NCBI GenBank assembly: GCA_964580065.1 | Contig: CAZOJE010000003.1 | Location: 18,441 to 82,440 of the forward strand | DNA from: an uncultured Candidatus Saccharibacteria bacterium | GTDB lineage: Bacteria > Patescibacteriota > UBA1384 > DTJR01 | Reading direction: 5' to 3' | Length of the DNA stretch: 64,000 nt | Shown: positions 31,497-40,202 of the stretch, piece after piece | Layout: each line of letters begins with the position of its first letter | Numbering within the stretch: position 1 is the stretch's first letter | Program-made: the position numbers and the translations under genes | The notes under the pieces: generated by a model | The model's input: the letters and a program-made list of their open reading frames with translations, nothing else | What the model was told of the DNA's origin: nothing | The model's database searches: none

Positions 31497-32754
31497 AGTG
31501 CTCTCCAATACCTTTTAGCGAGGCGACATAATCACTAAAATTTGTTAAAATGGACGAGTGAAAAATCTCGACCAAAAAATTATTGCCGTTCAAAAAAGCA
31601 CTCGCACCACCTTCTCTCGCTTATCGGCACTACACAATAAACTTCGCGCCAAATTCCCATGGTATTATTCGTGGCATGTAAAACCCTTTGCTAACATTAC
31701 ACATCAATTAACTCTTCTTATATATGTTTTGAATATTGTCGTTTTTGTGCTCTTTTCCAGCGTGCTCACCTACCGTCCCGCTACAAATATCGCTATGAAA
31801 GCCGCTTCAGAGCAGACAACACTCAACACTAAAGCAGTGTGGGAGGCAGGAACTTCAGATAATATCGATACGACATCTTCGGTAAATCAAATGAAAATGG
31901 CTAATTTTAGTAATGGCCCCGTTGATTTATCAAGCGCTGTCACTAGTGTGATTGGCGACACGCCTGTTACTTACGATGACACTAATATTGACCATTACGA
32001 CACCGCCGCTATTAGCCAAAATGACTATGCCGCTATGTTTGACAACGACCAATCGACTTATTACACAATGTCGGGCATAACGGGTTTGCCCTGGCCATGG
32101 CATATTCACGTAACACTTGATTTTGGCGACGATATAAATATCATTTCCCAATCGCATTGTTTGGGCTTCAGCGGCGAAGGATACGGCAATACTTCCTCAA
32201 TAGAAATATCTGGTGATGGCAGTAATTGGACGACGGTTTTGGAGGCGGCTGATTATGTTACGGACTCTTGTAATGTCGCTTATCCGCTAACCAATGGGCC
32301 GGCGGGAAATAATCGTTACGCTCGGCTGACAATATCTTCGCCGATGGAAGGTCAGCAAGTTAATATTAAAGAATTGGGGCTAAACGCTCTTCCGGCTACC
32401 GCCACCCACACCACCGCCGCTGATCAATTAGACGGGGGAAGCAATTTTCTGACATGGGAAACTTTTACTCCTACTCAAACGGTCTCGGACAATGCAACGA
32501 TACAATATAGATTTAGAACTTCTACCGATGGAAGCACTTGGACCGCTTGGACGGCTTATCAATCAGGAACATCATTTGATTTATCTAAATTAGTCACAAA
32601 CAGTGTTGGAACAGGAGAAGATATTACTTATTATAAATATCTTCAGATTGAAGCTAAACTAACTTCTTTAGATGGAGTATCAACGCCGATCATTACTGAC
32701 TATACGGTTAATCATCATACTAATCGGGCGCCTACGGCGCCCGCGGAGCCGAGT
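31131..32754 (+). repeat. 354-bp near-identical direct repeat (31131-31484 / 32401-32754)
   Basis: Direct comparison; four mismatches seen. Confidence 0.9.
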
Positions 32755-32799
32755 ACTACAGTAGATTCGGGGAAAATGATTTCTCTTCCACCGTCTTAA
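31558..32799 (+). CDS. Membrane-anchored surface protein with central discoidin-like domain (paralog 2)
   Basis: AMFDNDQSTY..TLDFG..ISGDGSNW..RYARL..IKEL; N- and C-termini shared with paralog 1. Confidence 0.7.
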   Translation: MKNLDQKIIAVQKSTRTTFSRLSALHNKLRAKFPWYYSWHVKPFANITHQLTLLIYVLNIVVFVLFSSVLTYRPATNIAMKAASEQTTLNTKAVWEAGTSDNIDTTSSVNQMKMANFSNGPVDLSSAVTSVIGDTPVTYDDTNIDHYDTAAISQNDYAAMFDNDQSTYYTMSGITGLPWPWHIHVTLDFGDDINIISQSHCLGFSGEGYGNTSSIEISGDGSNWTTVLEAADYVTDSCNVAYPLTNGPAGNNRYARLTISSPMEGQQVNIKELGLNALPATATHTTAADQLDGGSNFLTWETFTPTQTVSDNATIQYRFRTSTDGSTWTAWTAYQSGTSFDLSKLVTNSVGTGEDITYYKYLQIEAKLTSLDGVSTPIITDYTVNHHTNRAPTAPAEPSTTVDSGKMISLPPS

Positions 32800-32840
32800 G
32801 TTTCGCCAAGCGGCGAATTACCCTAAAACCAACCCAGCTC

Positions 32841-32869
32841 TTGACAAAATGTAAAGTTCTCTTTACAAT
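32841..32869 (+). promoter_or_regulatory. dnaK promoter TTGACA-17-TACAAT overlapped by palindrome GTAAAG-ttct-CTTTAC
   Basis: Sequence match; same palindrome recurs upstream of dnaJ. Confidence 0.7.
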
Positions 32870-32913
32870 TTCTATTGTAGAAAATAAAAAATATAAATAT
32901 TTAGAGGAGCGTT

Positions 32914-34797
32914 ATGGGTAAAATAATTGGAATCGATCTTGGAACAACCAACTCTGTGGCCGCTTTCATTGAAGGCGGAAAACCTAAAGTCATCCCTTCA
33001 GCCGAGGGCGGAAATATAATCCCCTCCATCGTAGCTGAAACAAAAAGTGGCGAACGTCTTGTCGGTCAATTAGCTAAACGTCAAGCTGTCACTAACCCAG
33101 AAAACACAATCTTTTCGGCTAAAAGATTAATCGGTCGTCGCTTTTCCGACAAAGAAGTCCAAGCCGATAAAAAGGCCGTTCCTTTCGAAATTAAAGAAGG
33201 TCGCAACGAATCAGTCGAAGTAGTCGCTGGCAGCAAGTCTTATACACCTCAAGAAGTTTCCGCTTTCATTTTGCAAAAAATCAAAAAAGATGCCGAAGAT
33301 TATCTAGGTGAAAAAATCAGCGAAGCTGTCATTACTGTTCCGGCTTATTTTAACGATTCGCAACGCCAAGCGACAAAAGATGCGGGCGTGATTGCCGGTT
33401 TCGACGTAAAAAGAATTATCAACGAGCCAACCGCCGCCGCCCTAGCTTACGGTTTAGACAAGAAAAAAGAAGGTAATATTGCCGTCTTTGACCTTGGCGG
33501 CGGAACATTCGATATCACCATTCTGGAAATTGGTGATGGCGTTTTTGAAGTTAAAGCCACCAACGGGGACACTCACCTTGGTGGTGACGACTTCGACCAA
33601 AAAATTATGGAATATCTTGTCAGCGAATTCAAAAAAGACCAAGGCATTGATATTTCAAGCGACAATTCGGCTATTCAAAGAGTTAAAGAAGCGGCCGAAA
33701 AAGCTAAAATCGAGCTTTCTACTAAGCAAGAAACCGAAATTAATCTGCCATTTATTACGGCTGACTCTAGTGGCCCAAAACACTTAGTCATGAGTTTATC
33801 GCGCGCCAAATTAGTTTCTTTGGTAAGTGATCTGGTAAGCAAAACCGAAAAACCTTGTCTATCGGCAATTAAGGATTCTGGCATTAGCACTAAAGACATC
33901 GACGAAGTCATTCTAGTCGGTGGTATGACCAGAATGCCTGCTGTCCAAGAAAAAGTTAAAGAGATTTTTGATCGCGAACCGTCCAAGGGTGTCAATCCCG
34001 ATGAAGCCGTGGCGATCGGTGCCGCAATTCAAGGCGGTGTTTTAACTGGCGACGTTAAGGATTTGCTTTTGCTCGACGTTACTCCCCTTTCACTCGGCAT
34101 TGAAACTCTCGGCGGCGTTATGACTAAATTAATCGAAAAGAATACAACAATTCCAACCAACAAATCGCAAATCTTTTCGACTGCCGCCGACAGCCAAACC
34201 CAAGTCGAAATTCATGTTCTTCAGGGTGAAAGAGAAATGGCCGCCGATAACCGCACTTTGGGAAGGTTCATTCTCGATGGCATTCCGCCAGCACCAAGAG
34301 GCATTCCTCAAGTCGAAGTCAGTTTCGATCTCGATGCTAATGGCATTCTCAATGTAAAGGCGGTCGACAAAGCTACAAACAAAGAGCAAAAAATCACCAT
34401 TACGGCTTCAAGCGGGTTAAGCAAAGAAGAAATCGAAAAAATGACCAAGGACGCTGAAGCTCACGCCGAAGAAGACAAAAAAAGACGTGAAGAAATAGAA
34501 GTGAAAAACACCACCGAATCCCTCGTTTACTCCAGTGAAAAAGCTCTCAAAGATGCCGGCGATAAGGTTAAAAAAGAAACTGTCGATCAGGTACAAGAAA
34601 AAATCGACGCCGCTAAAAAAGCTCTCAAAGGCGACGATGTAGAAAAGATTAAGTCTGCCGGCGAAGATCTATCGGCCACTATTCAAAAAGTTGGTCAAGA
34701 GCTTTATAGCGCCGCTGGTGCAAAAGAAGAAAAACCCGAAGATAAAGAAGATAAAAAAGACGACGAAAAAGACACTAAAGACGAATCGAAAAAGTAA
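32914..34797 (+). CDS. dnaK: Chaperone DnaK
   Basis: [35 protein letters not shown]. Confidence 0.98.
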   Translation: MGKIIGIDLGTTNSVAAFIEGGKPKVIPSAEGGNIIPSIVAETKSGERLVGQLAKRQAVTNPENTIFSAKRLIGRRFSDKEVQADKKAVPFEIKEGRNESVEVVAGSKSYTPQEVSAFILQKIKKDAEDYLGEKISEAVITVPAYFNDSQRQATKDAGVIAGFDVKRIINEPTAAALAYGLDKKKEGNIAVFDLGGGTFDITILEIGDGVFEVKATNGDTHLGGDDFDQKIMEYLVSEFKKDQGIDISSDNSAIQRVKEAAEKAKIELSTKQETEINLPFITADSSGPKHLVMSLSRAKLVSLVSDLVSKTEKPCLSAIKDSGISTKDIDEVILVGGMTRMPAVQEKVKEIFDREPSKGVNPDEAVAIGAAIQGGVLTGDVKDLLLLDVTPLSLGIETLGGVMTKLIEKNTTIPTNKSQIFSTAADSQTQVEIHVLQGEREMAADNRTLGRFILDGIPPAPRGIPQVEVSFDLDANGILNVKAVDKATNKEQKITITASSGLSKEEIEKMTKDAEAHAEEDKKRREEIEVKNTTESLVYSSEKALKDAGDKVKKETVDQVQEKIDAAKKALKGDDVEKIKSAGEDLSATIQKVGQELYSAAGAKEEKPEDKEDKKDDEKDTKDESKK

Positions 34798-34822
34798 ATC
34801 AGCTACAACAAAATAAAACCAA

Positions 34823-34863
34823 GAAAACCCCGACAGATTTCAGCCGTTTTTGTCGGGGTTTTC
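34823..34863 (+). terminator. Intrinsic terminator after dnaK
   Basis: gaaaaccccgaca / tgtcggggttttc inverted repeat. Confidence 0.75.
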
Positions 34864-34899
34864 CATTTTTGCCACCTCTTTTGTGGTAAAATAATGTAG

Positions 34900-35637
34900 A
34901 TGAAAAGAAAATTTTTTGTTTTTTTGCTTGCAACATTAGCCATTTCTTTAACCGGCTGTAGCTTCCAAAAGAAATCAGATATCACCACAAGTAACGCTAA
35001 TTCAAACCAAATTTCCCAAGAGGCCGCAGGCGCTTCGGCTGTGCCTGAAGCCACCGGTTCAGGCACGAGCACGACAGGCGCTTTAGTCCAAGATTCGGCG
35101 GGGTCAGTTTTAGATCTCAATTTTGACTCGGACACAATTGACGACACTTTCAACCAAAGCTACCAAGAGGCCTATTCCGATGCAAATTCTACACTCAAAG
35201 GACAAGCAAAATTCTGCAACGTCATGGTAGAAATGTCTCCCACCCAAAACCCGGCAACAGCCAAATTAAATTTCTTTTTCACCACCGATAGCCAAAAAGA
35301 TTGGTATTGGCTCAACCAAAAAGATTTGCTTGAAAATATCAAAAAAAGAATGTTCGCGGCCAAAAGAGATTTTTCCGAAATCAGTTGCGTCAGCACCACT
35401 GTCAACAGTATATCTGTGAATTATGCCGATGCTCTTAAAGAAGCCGTTGATTCTGGTGGCGCTTCTTTAAACTCAACCGATATCGCCAAGATAAAAATAT
35501 ATTTAGAAGGCACGAATTGGAAAATAGACGGTTGGAAAAACGACAGCACGATTGCTTCGCAGTCTGTTCCATTTTCCAGCACCGCCGCCGCCAGCACATC
35601 GTCTAGCTCAAGCTCCACTAAATCAACCACCAAGTAG
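34900..35637 (+). CDS. Hypothetical lipoprotein
   Basis: MKRKFF...LTGC lipobox; S/T-rich ends. Confidence 0.7.
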   Translation: MKRKFFVFLLATLAISLTGCSFQKKSDITTSNANSNQISQEAAGASAVPEATGSGTSTTGALVQDSAGSVLDLNFDSDTIDDTFNQSYQEAYSDANSTLKGQAKFCNVMVEMSPTQNPATAKLNFFFTTDSQKDWYWLNQKDLLENIKKRMFAAKRDFSEISCVSTTVNSISVNYADALKEAVDSGGASLNSTDIAKIKIYLEGTNWKIDGWKNDSTIASQSVPFSSTAAASTSSSSSSTKSTTK

Positions 35638-35638
35638 T

Positions 35639-35678
35639 GTAAAGATCTCTTTACTTATGGCGCATAAAATAGTAAAAT
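35639..35678 (+). promoter_or_regulatory. dnaJ promoter TTTACT-17-TAAAAT overlapped by palindrome GTAAAG-atct-CTTTAC
   Basis: 15/16 identical to the palindrome at the dnaK promoter. Confidence 0.6.
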
Positions 35679-35703
35679 TTCTCTGTTGTTAATCAGATAA
35701 TTT

Positions 35704-36342
35704 ATGAGTAAAGATTATTACGAAATTTTAGGCGTAAGCCGCTCGGCCAGCGACGCCGAGATAAAAAAGGCCTACCGTAAACTTGCCCTTGAACACCACC
35801 CCGACCGCGGCGGCGATCAAGAAAAGTTCAAGCAGGTCAATGAGGCCTATCAAATCCTTTCCGACCCACAAAAACGCGCTCAATACGACCGTTTTGGCTC
35901 GGCTGGATTTAACGGCGGCTATTCCCAAGGCCGTTCTGGCGGTTTTGAAGGGTTTGATTTTTCCGATTTCCAATCCGGTTTTTCAAGCGGCGGATTCAGT
36001 TTTGGCGGCGGCTTGGGCGACATCTTCGGCGATTTTTTTTCGCAAGCTTTCTCCACTGTGCAAGCCGAGGTTGAAATATCGCCAGCCCAAGCTGTGCTAG
36101 GCGACAAGCTACGCATTAACGTTAATGGACAGGAGATAGATTTAGATATTCCCGCCGGTACTCAAGATGGTACCCAATTTCGTATCCGCGGCGGCGGCCG
36201 CGAAATAAGAAACGGCCAAAAAGGCGATCTTATTTTGTCAATCAGAATTAAATTCCCCAAAAAATTGACTCAAGAACAGAAGGAGCTTTGGGAAAAGCTA
36301 AAAGATCTCGATCAGAAAAAATCTCGCTGGTGGAAACACTAA
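35704..36342 (+). CDS. dnaJ: Short DnaJ-class co-chaperone (J domain, G/F region, single C-terminal domain, no Zn finger)
   Basis: [13 protein letters not shown]-rich, [11 protein letters not shown]. Confidence 0.85.
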   Translation: MSKDYYEILGVSRSASDAEIKKAYRKLALEHHPDRGGDQEKFKQVNEAYQILSDPQKRAQYDRFGSAGFNGGYSQGRSGGFEGFDFSDFQSGFSSGGFSFGGGLGDIFGDFFSQAFSTVQAEVEISPAQAVLGDKLRINVNGQEIDLDIPAGTQDGTQFRIRGGGREIRNGQKGDLILSIRIKFPKKLTQEQKELWEKLKDLDQKKSRWWKH

Positions 36343-36524
36343 AAAGCTTTAAAGCGCGATATGTTATAGTTGATTGTACGTATGATGTGCTATAATTTCT
36401 TATAGAACATTCCGAAAGGGGTGTTTAAGGCAAAAGCCGCTTGTCTATGATGTTTTGGCGGCGCAAATTCCATATTTTCTTCCTTTGCGGGAAGTAAAAT
36501 TCTAAATTGGAGGGGAAAATTCAA

Positions 36525-37034
36525 GTGGCATCTACTGTACCTACATGGGATTTGTTTTTAGCAATATTCATTGCCATTACTGTGTTGTATGGTTTCATGA
36601 TGCAACGCGAAAAAATAATGGCAGCCCTTTTAGCTTCGTATATGGGCATAGTCATCGTTAGCGTTTGGTCAAGCCCAATCAAAGATTTTTTCGAAGGTAA
36701 AAAAACTGTTGCTAACACCTGGATCCAAGCCGATGCTTCACCCGCAACGATTAAAATAATTATTTTCCTGTTGATTGTTGGCCTGGTCGCTTCCAAGGCA
36801 GATCTTTCAATCGGACGTGAAAATACTTTGGCGCCGTTTGAAATCTTGCTTTACTCGGCCGCCACCGGAATTTTAATTGCTGCAACAATTTTTTCTTACT
36901 TGCCCTCCGAGGTTCAGGGATCCATTATCGCCCAAACCAAAGTTATTCACTTTTTGAAAGATTATTATTCTTTGTGGCTCATCATTCCGGTTATTTTAAT
37001 GGTTTTCGTCACTTCTAGGCGGCGAAACTATTAG
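36525..37034 (+). CDS. CvpA-like multi-pass membrane protein
   Basis: WDLFL..LYGF pattern, 4-5 TM; GTG start after GGAGGGG. Confidence 0.55.
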   Translation: MASTVPTWDLFLAIFIAITVLYGFMMQREKIMAALLASYMGIVIVSVWSSPIKDFFEGKKTVANTWIQADASPATIKIIIFLLIVGLVASKADLSIGRENTLAPFEILLYSAATGILIAATIFSYLPSEVQGSIIAQTKVIHFLKDYYSLWLIIPVILMVFVTSRRRNY

Positions 37035-37131
37035 CTCAACCAGTTGGGTTGATAACAATGAGGATTTTTGTTATTATTTTCCCAGCAAAAATGTTTGCTT
37101 TGTTTTTTTGTAATTTTGATGTTTGAAACTT

Positions 37132-37275
37132 GGGCCAGTAGCTCAGTGGTAGAGCAGGAGCCTTTTAAGCTTCGTGCAAGGGCTTGAGCGGGTAGAACGC
37201 TCAAGTGCCGGACCGCGACGGCGGGAGGCGGGGTCGCGCAAAAATTCAGCAGAATTTTATGCGTGACCGATCCCC
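37132..37275 (+). repeat. Partial tRNA-Lys copy (45 nt identical 5' part) followed by a hairpin-rich insert
   Basis: 37132-37176 identical to 37310-37354; insert ends in gatcccc matching the T-arm. Confidence 0.85.
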
Positions 37276-37309
37276 AAGGAGATCGAACATTATAAATATA
37301 GGTTAGTTT

Positions 37310-37384
37310 GGGCCAGTAGCTCAGTGGTAGAGCAGGAGCCTTTTAAGCTTCGTGTCGAGGGTTCGATCCCCTCCTGGCCCTCCA
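37310..37384 (+). tRNA. tRNA-Lys(TTT)
   Basis: GGGCCAG acceptor, TAGCTCAGTGGTAGAGC, GGAGC-CTTTTAA-GCTTC, GGTTCGATCCC, encoded CCA. Confidence 0.95.
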
Positions 37385-37511
37385 AGCAAGTACCCCACGC
37401 AAGTGGGGTTTTTGCTTGGAGTGATTTTGGCGCGGGGATCGAAGGCCGCAGGGCTGACTGAGTCCGAGGCCCGCCCCGAAGAAATTTCAGCAGAAATTTA
37501 CTGAGGGGGAG

Positions 37512-37529
37512 CCCCTCCTGGCCCTCCAA
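37512..37529 (+). repeat. Duplicate of tRNA-Lys 3' end (att-like)
   Basis: cccctcctggccctccaa identical to 37368-37385. Confidence 0.85.
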
Positions 37530-37556
37530 ACCTATTTTGCGCAAGCAAAGAGGTTT

Positions 37557-37595
37557 GTCCTCCGTAGTCCGCCAACTGGCGGACGAAGGATGGAC
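37557..37595. repeat. GTAG-type REP-like palindrome
   Basis: ccGTAG followed by stem gtccgcca-ac-tggcggac. Confidence 0.55.
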
Positions 37596-37643
37596 TACCC
37601 GTAACCCATAACTTTACGCGACGGGTTGCGAAATAATAAGTGT

Positions 37644-37881
37644 ATGTATTACGTTTATCTTCTGGAACTGGTCGACAGATCAATCTACGCTGGGTCAACT
37701 AGCGACATAAAGAAAAGATTTACCAAACATAACAAAGGCGATGTTCTGGCAACCAAAGGCAAAAGACCAATCAAATTGGTCTTTTATTGTGTTTTTCCAA
37801 CTAAAGAGGGTTATCAAGTTTGAAAAATATCTCAAATTTGGTTCTGGTCAATCCTTTAGGGACAGGCACTTGGTGAAGTAA
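37644..37881 (+). pseudogene. Frameshifted small GIY-YIG nuclease
   Basis: MYYVYLL..IYAGSTSDIKKRF..HN.G...TK.KRP.KLV in frame 1; FEKYLKFGSGQSFRDRHL continues in +1 frame after ~37808. Confidence 0.8.
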
Positions 37882-37966
37882 GCCCAAGTGATACAGCCCG
37901 AACTGATAACCGGCTAAAAGCTGGTTTTTGCTTTATAAATTCGCTAATATTTTGAGCAGGAGGAAA

Positions 37967-39316
37967 ATGGTTAATCACCACGAACTAACTGAAACAAGCT
38001 TTATTCCTGAAGAAACGACCAACGCGCAAGAGCTAAATTTATCAACCGAAGAATCCCCCAAAGAAGAATCGCTTAAGAATGTAGAAGAGGAAAAGGGCAG
38101 AAGGTTTGAAGTCATCGTTTTGCCCAAAATTGCCGAGGATGCAGAAGGAAATGATTATCTAGAACACGCCAAGATTGATCAAGAAAATTTGGCAGACTTG
38201 GAAACACTCATTGATTATCTTAAAAGAATACCGCCAAAATTAGTGTCTGAATACTATAGAGGGCAAATAAAATTCATCATTGATCTATACGATGAATATG
38301 AAAGACGATTGGCCGGCATCCAAAATGCCAGACAAACAGGAGAGTTGGTTGATGAAAAAATAGCAAAACAAACAAAACTATCCGAGCAAGAGGTAGCGCC
38401 CGCAGACGAAATTTACGAAAAACTGTTGCATCATTTTGAAACTTCACCAACAGAGATGATTACCTTGGCTGAAAGTCATATGTCAAGTTATGATTCAATC
38501 AGTGCGGCCCAAGAAGCCGCCGAGTTCAGAGAACCACAGACGGCCGTTATCGTGTTTGATAACCATCAAGACACCCTTGGTAGAGACCGTCCATGGAAAG
38601 GGAATATTTTCCGACTTTTAAGAGAAAAAGGACAGATAGCCGGCGCCATTTTTTTCGGAAATTTTCAGGACACCGTTACCCTCTATTATTCTAAAAGCGA
38701 GGAAAGCTATATTGTGCCAGAGGTTTCCAGCCCAAATACTAAAGGAAAAGAAAGGGTTAAAATTATTGTCCGCCAAGCGTTAGAAGAATTTGCCAAACGC
38801 GGCATTACTAATATGGTTATTTCGATAGACATTGACGTTTTAAGAGCTAGGGAAATCGGCTATACTGCCACGGAATACAACCCCCGAACAATTTTGGGAT
38901 ATTTATCTTCGATAGATTTGTCAGAGGTTGGGCTTAACAAAAAACCCGAAGGATTAACCACAGAAGAAGTGACACAATTAATCAAATATGTCTTCAATTT
39001 CAGCAATAGGAAAAGATTGCTTAACCCCCTTATAGCTTTAGATCACAATCAGAATTCCATGGATCCCATTGGCGCCAGATTATCCGAAATCGGAACGGCA
39101 TTAGAAACAATTTATTCAGAATGTAGCCGCATGGGGATAGAAATCGGGATCAAGCTTAAAGGTGGCGGCCGATATATTGGCGATATTGTCGAACTAAGCG
39201 GTTATGATTATAAAGGACACACCACCCGAGCCGTATCAGCGCTAGCAAAAAAAATAGAAAATCTCTCCGCTGTTAAAAACCCCAAAGAATCTTCAGAGGG
39301 ACCCGAAAGCCAGTAA
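37967..39316 (+). CDS. Divergent arginase/ureohydrolase-fold protein with acidic N-terminal extension
   Basis: VFDNHQD (DxHxD), ISIDIDVL (SxDxD), GDIVEL; SD AGGAGG. Confidence 0.55.
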   Translation: MVNHHELTETSFIPEETTNAQELNLSTEESPKEESLKNVEEEKGRRFEVIVLPKIAEDAEGNDYLEHAKIDQENLADLETLIDYLKRIPPKLVSEYYRGQIKFIIDLYDEYERRLAGIQNARQTGELVDEKIAKQTKLSEQEVAPADEIYEKLLHHFETSPTEMITLAESHMSSYDSISAAQEAAEFREPQTAVIVFDNHQDTLGRDRPWKGNIFRLLREKGQIAGAIFFGNFQDTVTLYYSKSEESYIVPEVSSPNTKGKERVKIIVRQALEEFAKRGITNMVISIDIDVLRAREIGYTATEYNPRTILGYLSSIDLSEVGLNKKPEGLTTEEVTQLIKYVFNFSNRKRLLNPLIALDHNQNSMDPIGARLSEIGTALETIYSECSRMGIEIGIKLKGGGRYIGDIVELSGYDYKGHTTRAVSALAKKIENLSAVKNPKESSEGPESQ

Positions 39317-39354
39317 ACCGATTTGCGATCTAAACAAATCCTTAAGCAAAATTA

Positions 39355-40188
39355 ATGGCCGAAACAATATTTTCAGCAATGAACACGATCGTCCAAATTA
39401 GAATCGAAGGCAAAGACGATAGCGTGGCTGTAGAAAAAGCTAAAGCGACTATTCTAGATTGCGAGAAACGCTTTAATTGTTTTTCCCGACAAAGTGAGGT
39501 TTCAAAGCTTTGCCGCCACATCGAAACCAACACGGAATACTCAATTGGCCGTGACTTATATGAGATCCTTCTTATCGCGCAAAAAATCAGTAAAAAAACC
39601 AACGGCCTATTTGATGTTGATTTTGAAAATCACGAAAAACACAAACAATATCATTTAGCCAACCCAAATTTAATAAGCTTTGAATCCAAAAAAACCAAAA
39701 TTAATCTAGGTGCAATCGCCAAAGGGTACGCGGCCGATAAAACAATGGAAAACATCAAAAAATTCAATGTTGGTCGAGCCATGATTAGCATGGGCGGACA
39801 AGTGACTTGTTTTAGCCGAACTCAAGCGTGGCAAGTCGGCTTACAAAATCCTAATAAAAAGTTTGGCCAAATTATCGGGTTAATCGCAATGTCAAACGGG
39901 TCACTCTCCACCTCGGCGGAAAATTATCGGGGGAAACATATAAAAAATCCCCAATCAACAAATTGGGAAAAAAACATTGATTCTATTTCAGTTTTTTCGG
40001 ATTCAGGAAGCTTGGCCGATGCTTATTCCACCGCCTTATTTTTAGCCGACCCAAAAACGAGAAAAAAACTGGCGCAAAAAAACAACCTAAATGTTATAAT
40101 TATTAATGGTGAGATTATAAAAATATCGGCCAATTTGCTAAACAAGTTCGTTTTGGTCGATAAAAAGTGCAAAGTAGAAAAATATTAA
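39355..40188 (+). CDS. apbE: FAD:protein FMN transferase (ApbE family), no signal peptide visible
   Basis: FSAMNT, TNGLFD, INLGAIAKGYAAD, STS, HIKNP, ADAYSTALF. Confidence 0.88.
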   Translation: MAETIFSAMNTIVQIRIEGKDDSVAVEKAKATILDCEKRFNCFSRQSEVSKLCRHIETNTEYSIGRDLYEILLIAQKISKKTNGLFDVDFENHEKHKQYHLANPNLISFESKKTKINLGAIAKGYAADKTMENIKKFNVGRAMISMGGQVTCFSRTQAWQVGLQNPNKKFGQIIGLIAMSNGSLSTSAENYRGKHIKNPQSTNWEKNIDSISVFSDSGSLADAYSTALFLADPKTRKKLAQKNNLNVIIINGEIIKISANLLNKFVLVDKKCKVEKY

Positions 40189-40202
40189 CTTCGGGAGGGA
40201 GG

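Noticed and set aside
31131-32754. DGR template/variable repeat pair
   Set aside because: Mismatches are few and mixed (A/G, A/G, G/A, C/T), not adenine-specific to one copy; both copies are coding; no reverse transcriptase in the window.
37132-37275. Intron-containing second tRNA-Lys gene
   Set aside because: After the insert only gatcccc resumes; the acceptor 3' strand and CCA are missing, and the insert lacks group I core motifs.
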